Assembly: GCA_965203965.1 (NCBI GenBank)
Contig: CBDBDR010000017.1
Location: 224,001 to 288,000 of the forward strand
Length of the DNA stretch: 64,000 nucleotides
Direction: 5' to 3'
DNA from: Thermodesulfobacteriota bacterium
GTDB taxonomy: Bacteria; Desulfobacterota_D; UBA1144; Nemesobacterales; JAJCZQ01
How positions within the stretch are numbered: the first letter of the stretch is position 1; every line of letters begins with the position of its first letter. The position numbers and the translations under genes were made by a program. Below, in pieces: positions 29,204-40,115 of this stretch. The notes under the pieces were generated by a model, which saw only the letters and a program-made list of their open reading frames with translations, ran no database searches and was not told where the DNA came from.

Positions 29204-31702
29204 GTGGTAGGCAGGTTTCTTTCAAAAGACGCAGCACAAGTAATAAGAGCAGAAATTTCAGCATCTTCGGGTAATGAGGTTTTTTTTGTAGGGGACCTTG
29301 ATAGTAACAAGTTGTTGGCAGATATTAAGGTTTTGGCAAGGGGGAATAAATTTTCTGTTCCCGCTATAATTGACTCTGCTAAATCTGGGCAAGTTGTTTT
29401 GCACAACCATCCATCCGGCGACCTGACACCTTCTGAGCAGGATATTTTCCTTGCTTCTGTATTTGGGAACAACGGAGTAGGGTTTTTCATAGTTGATAAT
29501 GGACTGAAAGACGTTTACGTGGTTGTTGAGCCTTTCAAAAAGAAAGAGCATATAAAATTAGATATAACTGAAGTAAGGAACTATTTAGCTCCGCAGGGAG
29601 TTGTATCCGAATTATTGGAAAATTATGAGTTCAGAGAGGAGCAGGTAATTGCCTTGGAGCGGGTTTTGTCGTCATTTAACAATAATACCGTTGAACTTAT
29701 AGAAGCCGGCACGGGAACGGGGAAGACATTTTCATATTTGATTCCATCAATCCTATGGGCGATTAGAAACAATGAAAGAACAGTAGTCTCTACAAACACA
29801 ATTAACCTTCAGGAACAGCTCATAGGCAAAGATATTCCCATTATGGATAAGGCTATTTCAGAAGAATTTAAGTATTCACTGGTCAAAGGAATGAGGAACT
29901 ATGTCTGTTTGTTAAGGGTAGAAACTTTAACGGATGGACAAATGGATATTTTTGGAGATAAGCACCTCGATGAAATTGAAAATTTAATCAGTTGGTCAAA
30001 AGTAACGGATAAAGGCTCTCTGTCCGATTTGAATTTTACCCCCAGTGAAGAGGTATGGGATAATATGTGCGCGGAAAATGACAGTTGTATAAGGGTAAAA
30101 TGTCCTTTTTATTCAGAGTGTTTTTTCTTTAAACATAGGCGTGAGATTGCTTCATCTCAATTACTTATAGTCAACCATCATCTGTTTTTTTCGGACTTAG
30201 CAATAAAAATAGCAACTAAAGACAACCAGTCCGGAATTCTACCACAATACCGTAGAGTTATATTTGATGAGGCCCATAACGTTGTTGCCGCTGCTACTTC
30301 ACATTTCAGTTCAATAATCTCAAAATACGGATTATTAAGGATAATGAGGAAACTCAAGAACAGGGGAAGGAAAGGAGAGATCAGAGGACTTATTTATTAT
30401 TGTGCTTCCACGGCTGTGAAACTTTCTAAAAAGCAAAAGGACGCTAATTTGATAAACTCGCTCTATAGAACTGAAGAGGTGATTTCTCCCAGAGTTGATA
30501 ATATTGAATCTCTGATAAATGAGTCGTTTGATCTGCTTGGAGAATTTACGATTTTTACGAAATATTCGTCAGGTAAAAATGGCAGCAGTTTTAATATCAG
30601 AATTACAAAAGACATAAAGAGCAAATCTCAATGGAAAAAGGCAGATACTAAATTTAGTGAGTTAAAAATGTATATAAAAGAGTTAATTGATGAAATTAAG
30701 CAGTTGGTGTCAATAATTGAACGATATGATGAGGACAGTATATTAAAAATTATCGTAGAGCTTAGAAGTGTCATATATAAGCTGGATTATTATGTTGAAG
30801 TCATAACGGGTTTTTTTTCCGAAAATGACGATTTGAATGTCAGATGGGTTGATATTAAAGAAAGAAATGAAAACTTTTTTTATAAAATTGGAATATCACC
30901 GATTGATGTTTCTGACCATCTAAAAACGAACCTGTATAAGAATCTTGATTCGGCAGTTTTAACATCTGCCACGTTGACGATTGATAAAAAATTTGAATTT
31001 AACAAGAGCCAGATGGGGTTGGACGAGTTAAACGGTGTAAATGAAGTTCTTGTAGAGTCTCCTTTTAATTTCAAACAGCAAGCGATGCTGTGCATTCCAA
31101 CTGATGTTCCTGAATTTTATGCTGATAATTGCGGTCAAACTATATCTCACTATATAAAGAAACTGATCTTGCTTACAGGTGGCAATGCACTGATCCTTTT
31201 TACATCTTATGAGATGCTAAACGCAGTTTATGCAAACTTCAAAGAATATCCGTTGGATAATGTAAATCTGTTAGTTCAGGGCACAGAGCCGCGTTACAAA
31301 CTTATAGATAAATTTAAACAAACTGAAAACTCCGTTCTTTTGGGCACAGATAGTTTTTGGGAAGGTGTTGATATTCCTGGTGATTCACTCAGGCTTTTAG
31401 TAATTACAAGATTACCATTCTCGGTTCCAACGGATCCAATTTTTGAGGCGAAGACAGAATATCTTGAAAACCAGGGAATCAATTCCTTTCTGGAATATTC
31501 TGTTCCTCTTGCAGTAATAAAATTTAAGCAGGGGTTTGGAAGATTAATAAGATCCAAAACAGACAGGGGTGTTGTGGTCGTGCTGGATAAAAGATTGCTA
31601 ATAAAGAACTACGGAAAATACTTTCTAAAGTCTTTACCAGACTGTAAAGTTGTATCTGGAAATTTCAGTGAAATGCTGGACAGGATAAAGTTGTTTCTCT
31701 GA
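29204..31702 (+). CDS. DinG/YoaA-family Fe-S helicase with N-terminal RadC-like JAB domain
   Basis: HNHPSGDLTPSEQD JAB motif; Q motif REEQ, EAGTGTGKT, Fe-S cysteines, DEAH, QGFGRLIR. Confidence 0.88.
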   Translation: MVGRFLSKDAAQVIRAEISASSGNEVFFVGDLDSNKLLADIKVLARGNKFSVPAIIDSAKSGQVVLHNHPSGDLTPSEQDIFLASVFGNNGVGFFIVDNGLKDVYVVVEPFKKKEHIKLDITEVRNYLAPQGVVSELLENYEFREEQVIALERVLSSFNNNTVELIEAGTGTGKTFSYLIPSILWAIRNNERTVVSTNTINLQEQLIGKDIPIMDKAISEEFKYSLVKGMRNYVCLLRVETLTDGQMDIFGDKHLDEIENLISWSKVTDKGSLSDLNFTPSEEVWDNMCAENDSCIRVKCPFYSECFFFKHRREIASSQLLIVNHHLFFSDLAIKIATKDNQSGILPQYRRVIFDEAHNVVAAATSHFSSIISKYGLLRIMRKLKNRGRKGEIRGLIYYCASTAVKLSKKQKDANLINSLYRTEEVISPRVDNIESLINESFDLLGEFTIFTKYSSGKNGSSFNIRITKDIKSKSQWKKADTKFSELKMYIKELIDEIKQLVSIIERYDEDSILKIIVELRSVIYKLDYYVEVITGFFSENDDLNVRWVDIKERNENFFYKIGISPIDVSDHLKTNLYKNLDSAVLTSATLTIDKKFEFNKSQMGLDELNGVNEVLVESPFNFKQQAMLCIPTDVPEFYADNCGQTISHYIKKLILLTGGNALILFTSYEMLNAVYANFKEYPLDNVNLLVQGTEPRYKLIDKFKQTENSVLLGTDSFWEGVDIPGDSLRLLVITRLPFSVPTDPIFEAKTEYLENQGINSFLEYSVPLAVIKFKQGFGRLIRSKTDRGVVVVLDKRLLIKNYGKYFLKSLPDCKVVSGNFSEMLDRIKLFL

Positions 31703-31756
31703 TCTTTTGAACATGAGATTTTTAAAGTTTACTATTTAAGAAAGTTACGGTGTCAA

Positions 31757-32143
31757 ATGGCGTTTCCTCCGATTAATAATACTAATGATAGGATTGACGG
31801 TGTGTTTGAGCGTTTGGCAGGGTCTGAATTCAGAAGTAGCTTTAAATTGAAAGACAAGGAATTATGGTATTTGTCGGAAAAGGGTATGGATACAATAATG
31901 CTTCACGCTGTTGATTTTATTAACATTCGGATTGCCCCTGCTTTCCCTGTAAATGACGGCAAGCAAACGCCTTTTGGTAAACATCCGGTGTTTGTTGCAC
32001 AGCATGCAACGGCTACCTGTTGTAGAAACTGTATAGAGAAATGGCACGGAATGAAAAAGGGCAAAGAGTTGAATAGCAAGCAGAAAAGTTATATCTTGTC
32101 AGTTATAAAGAGATGGTTGGAGGTTTACACCAGATATAGTTAA
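31757..32143 (+). CDS. DUF4186-like protein
   Basis: SEFRSSFKL...NDGKQTP...HPVFVAQHATATCCRNCIEKWH. Confidence 0.85.
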   Translation: MAFPPINNTNDRIDGVFERLAGSEFRSSFKLKDKELWYLSEKGMDTIMLHAVDFINIRIAPAFPVNDGKQTPFGKHPVFVAQHATATCCRNCIEKWHGMKKGKELNSKQKSYILSVIKRWLEVYTRYS

Positions 32144-32178
32144 ATTAGTTATAATTTAAAACATATTACAATTTTGGG

Positions 32179-34350
32179 GTGCCAGTTATGTCCGATAGTA
32201 TTAAAAACAGTGATTCATTAGATAGGGTTGGAGAGAAATTACCCAATCTTGTTGCAAAAGAACTGAATGATTATCAGGAAGATATAAAAGAATACAAAGC
32301 GGGGCAAATTGGTGAAGTAAAATTCCAAAAGATCAGACTTCAACTTGGCACTTATGCACAAAGGCAAGACGGGTTTCAGATGCAGAGGATCAAAATTCCT
32401 TACGGTGGATTGACCTCTGATCAGTTAAGAAGGCTATCCGATGTTTCAGATAGATATGCTAATGGTTTTATGCACTTAACGACCCGTCAGGACGTGCAGC
32501 TTTATTTTTTAGATCTGCAAAAGGTTCCCGACATGATGAGAGAGTTGGCTGATGTTGGTATTACAACTCGAGAAGCATGTGGAAACACGGTCAGGAACGT
32601 AACTGCCTCACCTTTCACTGGGGTTTCACCAGATGAGACGTTTGACGTTACACCTTATGCCGAGGCTTTTAAGAATTTTATGCTTCGTAACCCGATCTGT
32701 CAGAATATGGGGAGAAAATTTAAAGTTTGTTTTGAAAGCGACCCCAATGTGGATAATGCCGGAATAAGAATCCATGATTTAGGTTTTAGGGCAATGGTCA
32801 GAGAAGTGGATGGAAAGAGGCAAAAGGGTTTTCAGTTGTATATCGGAGGTGGACTTGGCGCGTCGCCTTCACTGGGTCATTTATGGGGTGATTTTATTCC
32901 AGTTGAAGAAATGATACCGTTGTCAGCCTCCATAATAAGAGTGTTTGACCGTTTCGGTGAAAGAAAGGTAAGGATGAAAGCCAGAATGAAGTTTTTAATT
33001 CGGAAGTTGGGCTTTGAAAAATTCAGAGAACTTGTAGAAGAGGAGAGAGGGAATTTAGAGATAGATACTTCATGGAACAGGTATTTAGTGAGTATTGATG
33101 ATCATGAAACTCCACCGGACAAAGAACATAATTTAGAATTCGGAACGACAGACATGGGGAATGACCCCAATTTTGCAGATTGGAAGGCTACAAACGTCTC
33201 TCCCGCGAGCATGGAAGGGTACTCAGTTGTAAATATAAGGATAAAACTGGGGGATGTTTTTTCTGATATGGGCAGGTTATTAGCTGACATATCTGATAAA
33301 TATGCAGATGGGAAATTGCGAGTAACAATAAATCAGAATCTTCTTATTAGATGGGTTCCAGACGAAGCAATTCCTTCATTATATGTTACTTTGAGAGATG
33401 TAGGGCTTGCTGATCCAGGGGCAGACTCTTTCCGTGATATAACTGCTTGCCCCGGTGCCGACACATGTCGTTTAGGCATTACATCTGCAAAAGGTCTTGC
33501 TACAAAACTGACTGATCTTATGAACAATGGACTCGGACAGTATAAGGAAACTTGTAAAGACTTGAAAATAAAAATATCAGGATGCCCTAATTCCTGTGCG
33601 CAGCACACTGCGGCGAGTATAGGTTTTCAGGGTGCTTCTATCACTAAGGACGGCAGGTCTATACCTGCAGAGATGCTTTTTGTTGGAGGAGGTTTTTATG
33701 GAGATAGCACAAGGCTTGCAATACCAATAGGAAAAGTTCCAACAAGAAATGCACCGAAACTGGTGGAGAGATTACTTGGGATGTATGAAAATGAGAAAGA
33801 GGATGGGGAGCATTTTGATCTTTATATGAGAAGATTAGGTCCCAAGGCAATTAAGGAAATTCTGAAGGAATATCTTGAAATTCCTTCTTATGAGGACAAT
33901 CCTGATTTTTACAGGGACTGGGGACATGAGGGAGAAAAGTTTGAATTGCAACAGGGTGTTAAAGGTGAGTGCGCTGGGGCAACAGTTGAAGAAAAAACCC
34001 CCACTTTTGCTGATTTTGAAAAGAGATTTGAACAAGCTCAAGCATTATTTGTTCATGGTGAATACGAGGCTTGTATTAGCGAGATTTATCTTGCATGCTC
34101 TGATAGTGCTCATGTGCCGCTATATGCGAAACTGGTTGATCCATTCACTCCCGAACAAACAATCTGGGAGTTTGAAAATATTATTGTAAGAACTGGTGAA
34201 GCTGACAAGAGGTGGATGAACGTCTCAAAAATTTTCAGCGATTATAGACAAGGTAAATACACGGCGGAGAATTCCATCAAATTTTTGGAAATTGCCAAAG
34301 AGTTCAGTGCAGAGTGCCAAAGAGTGCATGCTGAATTAGCAGGAAACTAA
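32179..34350 (+). CDS. Siroheme/[4Fe-4S] nitrite/sulfite reductase with C-terminal helical extension
   Basis: HLTTRQD, ACGNTVRN, CPGADTC and SGCPNSC cluster ligands. Confidence 0.9.
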   Translation: MPVMSDSIKNSDSLDRVGEKLPNLVAKELNDYQEDIKEYKAGQIGEVKFQKIRLQLGTYAQRQDGFQMQRIKIPYGGLTSDQLRRLSDVSDRYANGFMHLTTRQDVQLYFLDLQKVPDMMRELADVGITTREACGNTVRNVTASPFTGVSPDETFDVTPYAEAFKNFMLRNPICQNMGRKFKVCFESDPNVDNAGIRIHDLGFRAMVREVDGKRQKGFQLYIGGGLGASPSLGHLWGDFIPVEEMIPLSASIIRVFDRFGERKVRMKARMKFLIRKLGFEKFRELVEEERGNLEIDTSWNRYLVSIDDHETPPDKEHNLEFGTTDMGNDPNFADWKATNVSPASMEGYSVVNIRIKLGDVFSDMGRLLADISDKYADGKLRVTINQNLLIRWVPDEAIPSLYVTLRDVGLADPGADSFRDITACPGADTCRLGITSAKGLATKLTDLMNNGLGQYKETCKDLKIKISGCPNSCAQHTAASIGFQGASITKDGRSIPAEMLFVGGGFYGDSTRLAIPIGKVPTRNAPKLVERLLGMYENEKEDGEHFDLYMRRLGPKAIKEILKEYLEIPSYEDNPDFYRDWGHEGEKFELQQGVKGECAGATVEEKTPTFADFEKRFEQAQALFVHGEYEACISEIYLACSDSAHVPLYAKLVDPFTPEQTIWEFENIIVRTGEADKRWMNVSKIFSDYRQGKYTAENSIKFLEIAKEFSAECQRVHAELAGN

Positions 34351-34366
34351 CTCTATTGGTGCAGAT

Positions 34367-34666
34367 TTATTTTTCAAAAAAATTTCTGAAAAATTTATAA
34401 ATTACGTCAATGAAGTTGGTAGCTTCATCTTCTTGTAAAGTTGCAAAGTCTTCTTTTTTTATTAGTTCCGATAGAACCTCTTTTGCTTCCTTGTAATGAT
34501 ATTCATGCACAAAGATCGGTTTGCTGTTAAACCCCTTGATTGCCGGACCAATATATAGCGAACCGAAATACTCGTTTCTGATATAGTAAGGTATGCTAAC
34601 TGAATCCAACAAACTTCTGATAACCGCGAGTTCTGATTCATCGTTTGGTGTGTATAGTTTCTTCAT
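34367..34666 (-). CDS. DUF2007 (putative signal-transducing) protein
   Basis: MKKLYT...ELAVIRSLLDSVSIPYYIRNE...IFVHE..YKEAKEVL. Confidence 0.75.
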   Translation of the reverse strand: MKKLYTPNDESELAVIRSLLDSVSIPYYIRNEYFGSLYIGPAIKGFNSKPIFVHEYHYKEAKEVLSELIKKEDFATLQEDEATNFIDVIYKFFRNFFEK

Positions 34667-34741
34667 TGCGTTTCTTTGAAAGATTCAATATGTTATTGCA
34701 GGTTTAGGTAATCCTTTCAGATCAATATGAAAATTGAATTG

Positions 34742-35182
34742 TCAGAGGCGGTAGCCACCTTTTATGTATTTTTCCAGCTCCCTGATCTGGAATTTCTGGT
34801 GTTTGATAATGTGTTTGACAACGTCACCTATTGAGATAATTCCGATGAGCTTTGCATCATCCATAACTGGCAAGTGCCTGATATGATTTTCAGACATGAG
34901 ATTCATACATTTATCAATTGAGTCGGTTGTAGCCACGGAAATAACATCTTTGGTCATCAAATCACTGACTTTGGTATCAATGGATGATTTACCCTTTAGA
35001 ATGATTTTCCGCGCATAATCCCTTTCTGAGAATATGCCCAGAACTTTGTCTTTCTCCATTACTAACAATGCACCTATATTGTTTTCTGCCAGTATTTTTA
35101 GACATTCGAACACGGTCATTTCAGGTGTAACAGATAAAATCTCTTTTTCTTTGACTTTTAGTATATCTATTACGTTATTCAT
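34742..35182 (-). CDS. CBS-domain pair protein
   Basis: NIGALLV...GIFSERDYARK; HIRHLPV...ISIGDVVK. Confidence 0.92.
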   Translation of the reverse strand: MNNVIDILKVKEKEILSVTPEMTVFECLKILAENNIGALLVMEKDKVLGIFSERDYARKIILKGKSSIDTKVSDLMTKDVISVATTDSIDKCMNLMSENHIRHLPVMDDAKLIGIISIGDVVKHIIKHQKFQIRELEKYIKGGYRL

Positions 35183-35408
35183 AAGTCTGATTTCCTCAAA
35201 ATGATTTTTCCTTTCTACGATTATACTTCAAAAATGCCTTATTAAACAAGTATGTACTATTTGTCGAAGTAACTTTATAATAGTTAGCGGGTAACTTTTT
35301 GCCTTTAATTTGTTATATTTACGTTGACACAACTTAAACAATAGGTTAACCAATATATCATGGGTTGGTAACAAAAACAGCCACACAATTTTTCAAGTAG
35401 TGTACACA

Positions 35409-36510
35409 ATGATTGAAGATCATAGGTCGGACGTAAGCCAGCTCCAAAGCAGAATAAAGTCAATTGGAGACTATCTTTGACCTCACTAATAAAAGTTTGA
35501 GGTTAAAAGAGATAGAGTCATTGGTAGGGAAACCTGATTTTTGGGATGATAAGAGTTCGGCGCAACTAATTTTAAGAGAACAGGCACGGATCAAAAACTC
35601 GGTGGATTCATGGAATGTTTTGCAATCGGAACTTGAAGAGGTAAAGACTTTGCTTGAACTTTGCAGTGAGTCCAATGATGAAGAGTTAAGTTCCGAAGCC
35701 GATGTGAAATACAATAAATTGCTCTCAAAGGTCGAGGAATTTGAGTTTAAGAAAATTCTTGGCGCACCTGACGACATAAGGAATGCAATTGTCTCGATAA
35801 ACTCAGGAGCAGGAGGAACTGAGGCACAAGACTGGGCAGATATGCTATTCAGAATGTATTTGAGGTATGCCGAAAGTAAAAATTATGCTACCAATGTTTT
35901 AGATATACAGGACGGAGATGAAGCAGGTGTCAAAAGTGTGACTTTCCTGTTAGAAGGGGATTATGCTTTTGGCTACTTAAAAGGTGAAAGTGGGGTTCAC
36001 AGGTTGGTGAGAATTTCACCTTTTGATTCCGGTAAGCGCCGTCACACATCCTTTGCCTCTGTGTTTGTGTCTCCTGAAGTTGATGATTCAATAGAAGTGG
36101 AAATTGAGGAAAAAGATTTGAGGGTTGACACTTTCAGGGCAAGCGGGAAGGGGGGACAGCACGTAAACAAAACTGATTCGGCCATCAGGATAACGCATAT
36201 TCCGACTGGTATAGTTGTTAGTTGTCAGAATGAGAGATCTCAGCATCAGAACAGGATTAACGCCATGAGAATACTGAAGGCGAGATTATATGAAGCTGAA
36301 AGGGAAAAGAAAAGAGAGTCAATTGAGAAGATGAACTCCAGTAAAATGGAAATAGGCTGGGGTAGTCAAATCAGGTCTTATATAATGCATCCATACAGAA
36401 TGGTAAAGGATCACAGGACAAATTTTGAACAAAGCAACGTGGAAGCCGTAATGAACGGTTCACTTGACGACCTAATAAAAAGTTATCTTTTGTATAATAG
36501 TGATAAGTGA
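35409..36510 (+). CDS. prfB: Peptide chain release factor 2, expressed via programmed +1 frameshift
   Basis: ATG 35409 reads MIEDHRSDVSQLQSRIKSIGDYL to CTT-TGA-C (35475-35481); the +1 frame continues DLTNK... with SPF and GGQ motifs. Confidence 0.96.
35466..35481 (+). other. prfB +1 ribosomal frameshift site
   Basis: GGAGAC-TAT-CTT-TGA-C: internal SD-like GGAG followed by the canonical slippery CTTTGAC. Confidence 0.93.
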
Positions 36511-36537
36511 GCAGATCAATCAAATTGGAGGTAAGCA

Positions 36538-37410
36538 TTGAAGATCGGTATCATAGGTAAAAGAGATACAAAAGAAGTTTATGACGTAGTAAGTGATCTT
36601 GTCAGGTGGTTTGAGGAAAAGGGAGTTCAATTCTGGGTGGACAGTGAGCTTGGCAAGAATATTAATGTTGATAGAGCATTGGAGCAGAATGAATTACCCA
36701 AAAAAGTTGATCTCATTGTTGTGTTTGGAGGGGATGGAACTTTTCTTAGTGTTTCTAATCAGGTAAGCAAGCATAATATTCCGATACTTGGATTTAACCT
36801 TGGAGGGCTTGGTTTTCTTACCGAATTTACCGTGAGTGAGGTTTTTCCGACAATGGAAAAAATCATAAGGGGTGATTATGAAATTGAAGAGCGGGGTATG
36901 GTGTCGGCATCAGTATATAAAGGAGGGGAAAAGTACGGCGAATACCAAATTCTGAATGATTTGGTCGTTCACAGTGGTGAACTCTCACAGATTATTGATC
37001 TTGCGATATTCATAGATGGCAAACGTGTTACGACTTTCAAGGCGGATGGAATTATTTTTGCCACTCCAACCGGTTCAACTGCTTATTCCCTGTCTGCTGG
37101 AGGTCCTATTGCATACCCAACGTTGCCGGTGATCTTGATCACGCCGATTTGTCCGCATATTTTGACAAACCGTCCTCTGGTAGTCTCAAATAATATGGAG
37201 ATTAAGGTCAAGGTGCTTACGGGTGATCAAAGTGTATCTCTAACACTGGATGGACAAAATACCGTAACCTTGGATTTGAAAGATGAAGTTGTGCTAACAA
37301 AATCCGAATCCAAAGTTAAGTTGGTTAAATCTCCTTTCAGAGATTATTTTTCAATACTAAAGACAAAACTTATGTGGGGTGAGAGGTATGGAACAATTAA
37401 TGAGCCATAG
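36538..37410 (+). CDS. nadK: NAD kinase
   Basis: GGDGT, LGFL, TPTGSTAYSLSAGGP. Confidence 0.95.
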   Translation: MKIGIIGKRDTKEVYDVVSDLVRWFEEKGVQFWVDSELGKNINVDRALEQNELPKKVDLIVVFGGDGTFLSVSNQVSKHNIPILGFNLGGLGFLTEFTVSEVFPTMEKIIRGDYEIEERGMVSASVYKGGEKYGEYQILNDLVVHSGELSQIIDLAIFIDGKRVTTFKADGIIFATPTGSTAYSLSAGGPIAYPTLPVILITPICPHILTNRPLVVSNNMEIKVKVLTGDQSVSLTLDGQNTVTLDLKDEVVLTKSESKVKLVKSPFRDYFSILKTKLMWGERYGTINEP

Positions 37411-38314
37411 GAATAAAGAGAATTTGAAAGTTACAATTTCCCTCGCTCTCTTATTTATTTTTAATTTGTCTTGTTCAAAGACATCTGTCGCAGATGGTGT
37501 TGGCATAGGAGAAAATATGTCAAGGATCTGGGCGCTGGCTGATATTCAGCCGAGAAATTCAGTGCACAGAAATTCTTTTACACGGGCGATAAATGATATT
37601 AATGGCAAAGTGCCGGGTATAGATTTTGCTATTGTTGCAGGTGATATAGTGAACAGTCCTGACGCCGAGATATTTGATTGGTATATAGAGGAAAAAAGTA
37701 AATCCTATGTAGATACATGGTATGAAATTCTGGGAAACCATGACTTAAAAGTCGACAATGGAAAGTTGTTCAGGCAAAAATTACGGCAAGAAACTCATTA
37801 CAGCAAGTTGTATGGAAATTTGTTCTTTATATTTCTCTCCGATGAGATCATGGGAAAGCCAACAGAGATAAATGACAATACATTTAAATGGTGGAAAAAC
37901 CAGGTGATCAATAATCAAGACAAGATCATAACAGTGGTTACTCATGCACCGCTTGAAGGTAGCAAAATTCCATTTTCCACCTTGCGAGACAGACAGGTGA
38001 TTAGATCGGAGAGACTCGTAAAAGTTCTTAAAGAATATAAGGTTGATTTATGGCTGTCGGGTCATCTTCATTTGCCGCACGGATTTACGAATACGCTGAA
38101 CAAGGTAAAGAAGTTGAATAGCACTACATTCATTCACATTTCTTCAATTAGGCCAGAATTTTTCGGATTAAAGAATTCTCAGTCTCGGATACTGGATTTT
38201 TACTGTAACAAAAACAAGGTGGTGATTAGATCCAGAGATCATGACAGTGAAAAATGGAACAAAAATTTGGAAAGAGAGATAACGCTCTCAAAGAAAGTTA
38301 TCTGTGGTCCTTGA
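37400..38314 (+). CDS. Calcineurin-like metallophosphoesterase (probable lipoprotein)
   Basis: D..GD..GNHD..H..GHLH metal motifs; NLSC lipobox. Confidence 0.85.
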   Translation: MSHRNKENLKVTISLALLFIFNLSCSKTSVADGVGIGENMSRIWALADIQPRNSVHRNSFTRAINDINGKVPGIDFAIVAGDIVNSPDAEIFDWYIEEKSKSYVDTWYEILGNHDLKVDNGKLFRQKLRQETHYSKLYGNLFFIFLSDEIMGKPTEINDNTFKWWKNQVINNQDKIITVVTHAPLEGSKIPFSTLRDRQVIRSERLVKVLKEYKVDLWLSGHLHLPHGFTNTLNKVKKLNSTTFIHISSIRPEFFGLKNSQSRILDFYCNKNKVVIRSRDHDSEKWNKNLEREITLSKKVICGP

Positions 38315-38331
38315 CCTAAGGGATTTCCATT

Positions 38332-40023
38332 TTAATTTTTAGCAAAATAATTGTAAAAATCATTCCTGAAGTAAGTAGATCCGTTTCTTTCTGCCCAAGC
38401 TGTAAAATAGACTATGTGAACCGGCATGGGACGCTTTAAATGAACTTCCTTGGGCTGTCCTGATTTGATTTCGGAGATTATAAGACTGGAGTCCCATTCA
38501 TCATCATTATTAAAAATGAATTCTGCCAGTTGTAGGGGTTTTTCAATCCGGATACATCCATGGCTTATTTTTCTGTCAGACTGGTCAAATAGCTCTTTAT
38601 CCGGTGTGTCATGTAGGTAAACATTGTGCTCATTGGGAAAAATAAACTTTATCCTGCCAAGAGGATTTGTTGGGCCGGGGATTTGTCTCAATCTGTAGTT
38701 GAAATTGTCGGGATCAACTTCTGACCAGTTTTGTGAATAGTTTTCCTGAACCGTCTCTGTTTTAAGCGATACAACTTCCAAATTTTCCTTTTCTATATAG
38801 TCCGGATCATTGCGAAGACTGGGTAGGGTCTCTTTTGCAAATATTTCGGGTGGGATGTTCCAATACGGGTTAATTACCATGAATTTTATATCTTTGCTTA
38901 TAATGGGTGTATTCCAATCGGAAGAACCGACTATGGTGCGCATTTCCAGAACAATTGCGTTATTCTCAACGCCGAAAAGTTTGAATGCTGGAATATTGAC
39001 CAAGACATATTTATTTCCAAAGCTCCTGGGCAATTTCCTCCAAATGTCCATGTTTGTTTTTATAGAGTTTATTTTTTTATCCACAGAGATATTCATCGCA
39101 GTAATGGTATCCTGACCGACGTCGCCATCCTCTTGGAGTCCGTGTCGTTTCTGAAATTTTTTTACGGCTGCTTCCAGAACAGTGTCAAAAACGGGGTTGT
39201 AAAGATATTGTTCTGTATCCAGATTGGAACGTAGTTTGAGGTCATCTGTGATGTGGAGCCTATGTTTGACATATATAACCCTGTCGTCATTCATGTCCAG
39301 CTTTAAAATTTCACCTGGAGGTACAGTCTGCCATCCACCGTTTTCCCGTATGTTTTCATATTTGGCGAGAGATTTTTTCAGTGCATGGTATAAATAGTTG
39401 TCAGGTAACAATACATTTACTGCACGATGAAAAATGTTTTCCTTTATTGCTTTGTTGATCAATGCGATGATGTCTATGTAGGATTCAATGTAGCTCTGCT
39501 CTATAAACTTGTTACTGAATTTGTATCTTCCGTATAACAAGTCGGAAAAATAGAAAATGCTGGAACTGGAGATTAGTAGATCAAGCTGTGATGCTCTGAG
39601 CTTTAAATTTTCTCCTTCAAGGTTTTTCAACTCGTTGATATTTCTTTCAATATCGTCCATGTAGTAGAAATTCGGATCCAGACCTTCCAATTTTGAATTC
39701 TCCAGAGTGTCTAAATAAGTAAGCAGGTGTTTTTTTGGTTTCATGTTTTTTTTAAGCCAGACAAACTTATATTTTCTTGCTTGATAGAGGTTGTTCAGTA
39801 ATGGGGACACTGGGTAAATTTCATTGCCAACGTTGATATAGTTTCTTGCAATAGCTTCTTTTAAGCTGTGTTGTACTCTCGATCGTATATTCATTCTCTG
39901 AAGAATTTTTGATTCAGTTTTTTCTTCTATAAGATTGGTTTCGGCTCTTGCATTACCTTTGTATTCTGCCGTGCAGAAAAAAAGCGATAAAGAGTATAGA
40001 GTTAAAAGAAGGTATTTTGTCAT
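38332..40023 (-). CDS. L,D-transpeptidase (YcbB/LdtD-like) with peptidoglycan-binding domain
   Basis: AVKKFQKRHGL..DG PG-binding motif; VNIPAF, NPYWNIP, YLHDTP, SHGCIR. Confidence 0.9.
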   Translation of the reverse strand: MTKYLLLTLYSLSLFFCTAEYKGNARAETNLIEEKTESKILQRMNIRSRVQHSLKEAIARNYINVGNEIYPVSPLLNNLYQARKYKFVWLKKNMKPKKHLLTYLDTLENSKLEGLDPNFYYMDDIERNINELKNLEGENLKLRASQLDLLISSSSIFYFSDLLYGRYKFSNKFIEQSYIESYIDIIALINKAIKENIFHRAVNVLLPDNYLYHALKKSLAKYENIRENGGWQTVPPGEILKLDMNDDRVIYVKHRLHITDDLKLRSNLDTEQYLYNPVFDTVLEAAVKKFQKRHGLQEDGDVGQDTITAMNISVDKKINSIKTNMDIWRKLPRSFGNKYVLVNIPAFKLFGVENNAIVLEMRTIVGSSDWNTPIISKDIKFMVINPYWNIPPEIFAKETLPSLRNDPDYIEKENLEVVSLKTETVQENYSQNWSEVDPDNFNYRLRQIPGPTNPLGRIKFIFPNEHNVYLHDTPDKELFDQSDRKISHGCIRIEKPLQLAEFIFNNDDEWDSSLIISEIKSGQPKEVHLKRPMPVHIVYFTAWAERNGSTYFRNDFYNYFAKN

Positions 40024-40115
40024 TGGTGTGTCTTTTGGTTTTTTGTGATAGTGAAAATACGTAATACCTGTTTTTTTACAAGTAAGTTTCAACGTTATTC
40101 ATACTGTCATTTGGA

